8,663 nt of DNA, from positions 1-8,663 of the forward strand of contig NW_021828281.1 of the NCBI RefSeq assembly GCF_006345805.1, written 5' to 3'. The translations under genes and the position numbers were made by a program. The notes below the pieces were generated by a model that saw only the letters and a list, made by a program, of their open reading frames with translations, was not told the DNA's origin and ran no database searches. Positions within the stretch are counted from its first letter, which is position 1. Each line of letters begins with the position of its first letter. Source of the stretch: Octopus sinensis (taxonomy: Eukaryota). Positions 7,899 to 8,663 of this stretch are shown piece by piece.

Positions 7899-7950
7899 GG
7901 CGGCGAGCTGGCAGAAACGTTAGCACGACGGGCGAAGTACTTAGCAGTAT
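7899..7950 (+). mobile_element. Head-only family-B SINE fragment
   Basis: ggcggcgagctggcagaaacgttagcacgacgggcgaagtacttagcagtat matches the 4211-4262 head and stops there. Confidence 0.85.
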
Positions 7951-7998
7951 GAAATGCCCAAGACGTGAGAAAGAGGATTGCCCCATCACTCAATCGGA

Positions 7999-8202
7999 GC
8001 ACATTTACAGCTGAGTTGACTGAGCCAACGTGAAATGAAATGTCTTTCATCATACAACCCTTTCGGCCTTTTCGGTTCCTTCGGCCCCTACGGGGACATT
8101 CAGTGGGTGGCAGAAGGAGGAAAAACGAGGGGACTGCCCTACTAATTGGCTGGCACTCATTTACAGCCGAGCAGACTGAGCGAACGTGAAATTAAGTGCT
8201 TT
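7999..8202. repeat. Two diverged ~50-bp direct repeats, probably fragments of a third SINE core on the minus strand
   Basis: gcacatttacagctgagttgactgagccaacgtgaaatgaaatgtcttt (7999-8047) and gcactcatttacagccgagcagactgagcgaacgtgaaattaagtgcttt (8153-8202). SINE identity is from recollection of similar mollusc repeats. Confidence 0.55.
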
Positions 8203-8455
8203 TAAGTCTTGCGGTTCGATAATATTTTTCGAGATTTTGTTTATGAAGCAAGCAAATTTTACTTCTTGGCCTTTCATGTCCCAGTTCCACGCTCCAAGTC
8301 CGGCATCAACCGAGGAAAATAATGGTAAGCATGTTTAGAATCTATATTTAATATAACATGCTGCTAATATCTATCTTCGAGACTTGCCTCTTACAAACCG
8401 GAAGTGTTAGTCGCAGAAAACATTCCAGGCGGAAATATTTCCAGCAGGTAATAAT

Positions 8456-8528
8456 GCTACTGCTGGCGCCACTGCCGCCGCTGCTGTTACTACCACTGCT
8501 GCTGCTGCGGCTTCTGCTGCTGCTACTA
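8456..8528. repeat. Degenerate (CTG/CCG)n trinucleotide tract
   Basis: gctactgctggcgccactgccgccgctgctg...gctgctgctact. Confidence 0.85.
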
Positions 8529-8663
8529 TGTATGGCTGAGTATTCTCTTGGAGGCTGAAATTTTTCAGGTCTACTGTATTTTTTTTTTATTTAGTGTTTT
8601 TCTTTTGTTTTCATTCATTCACTGATTCGTTCCTTTTTCTTTCTTTCTTTCATTCTTTCTTGT

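Noticed and set aside
8358-8558. 66-aa Leu-rich ORF, and poly-Ala or poly-Ser alternative frames
   Set aside because: Explained by the CTG/CCG tract; short, no domain, no convincing splice pair.

Overview
Repeat-dense, apparently non-coding eukaryotic DNA (intron or intergenic). The SINE families and the heavy load of degenerate ATT/GGT/CA/TA microsatellites look like an octopus (coleoid cephalopod) genome; this is recognition from memory, not a database result. No intact protein-coding gene is supported. Nearly all ORFs in the track are microsatellite or SINE read-throughs, and the only real protein homology is a broken mariner transposase. Contents: (i) tRNA-derived SINE family A, with five copies, two of them near-identical full-length copies in inverted orientation; (ii) tRNA-derived SINE family B, including one head followed by four tandem ~184-bp bodies and a separate dimer with the same junction; (iii) a 553-bp internally deleted mariner with intact 30-bp TIRs and TA duplication; (iv) a ~240-bp degenerate Tc1/mariner-type MITE with nested inverted repeats around (CT)n; (v) a 398-bp non-autonomous Helitron (A|TC ... 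hairpin-CTAG|T); (vi) short unique islands with candidate regulatory or splice motifs. Family labels A and B are my own working names. All coordinates and identities were counted by hand.
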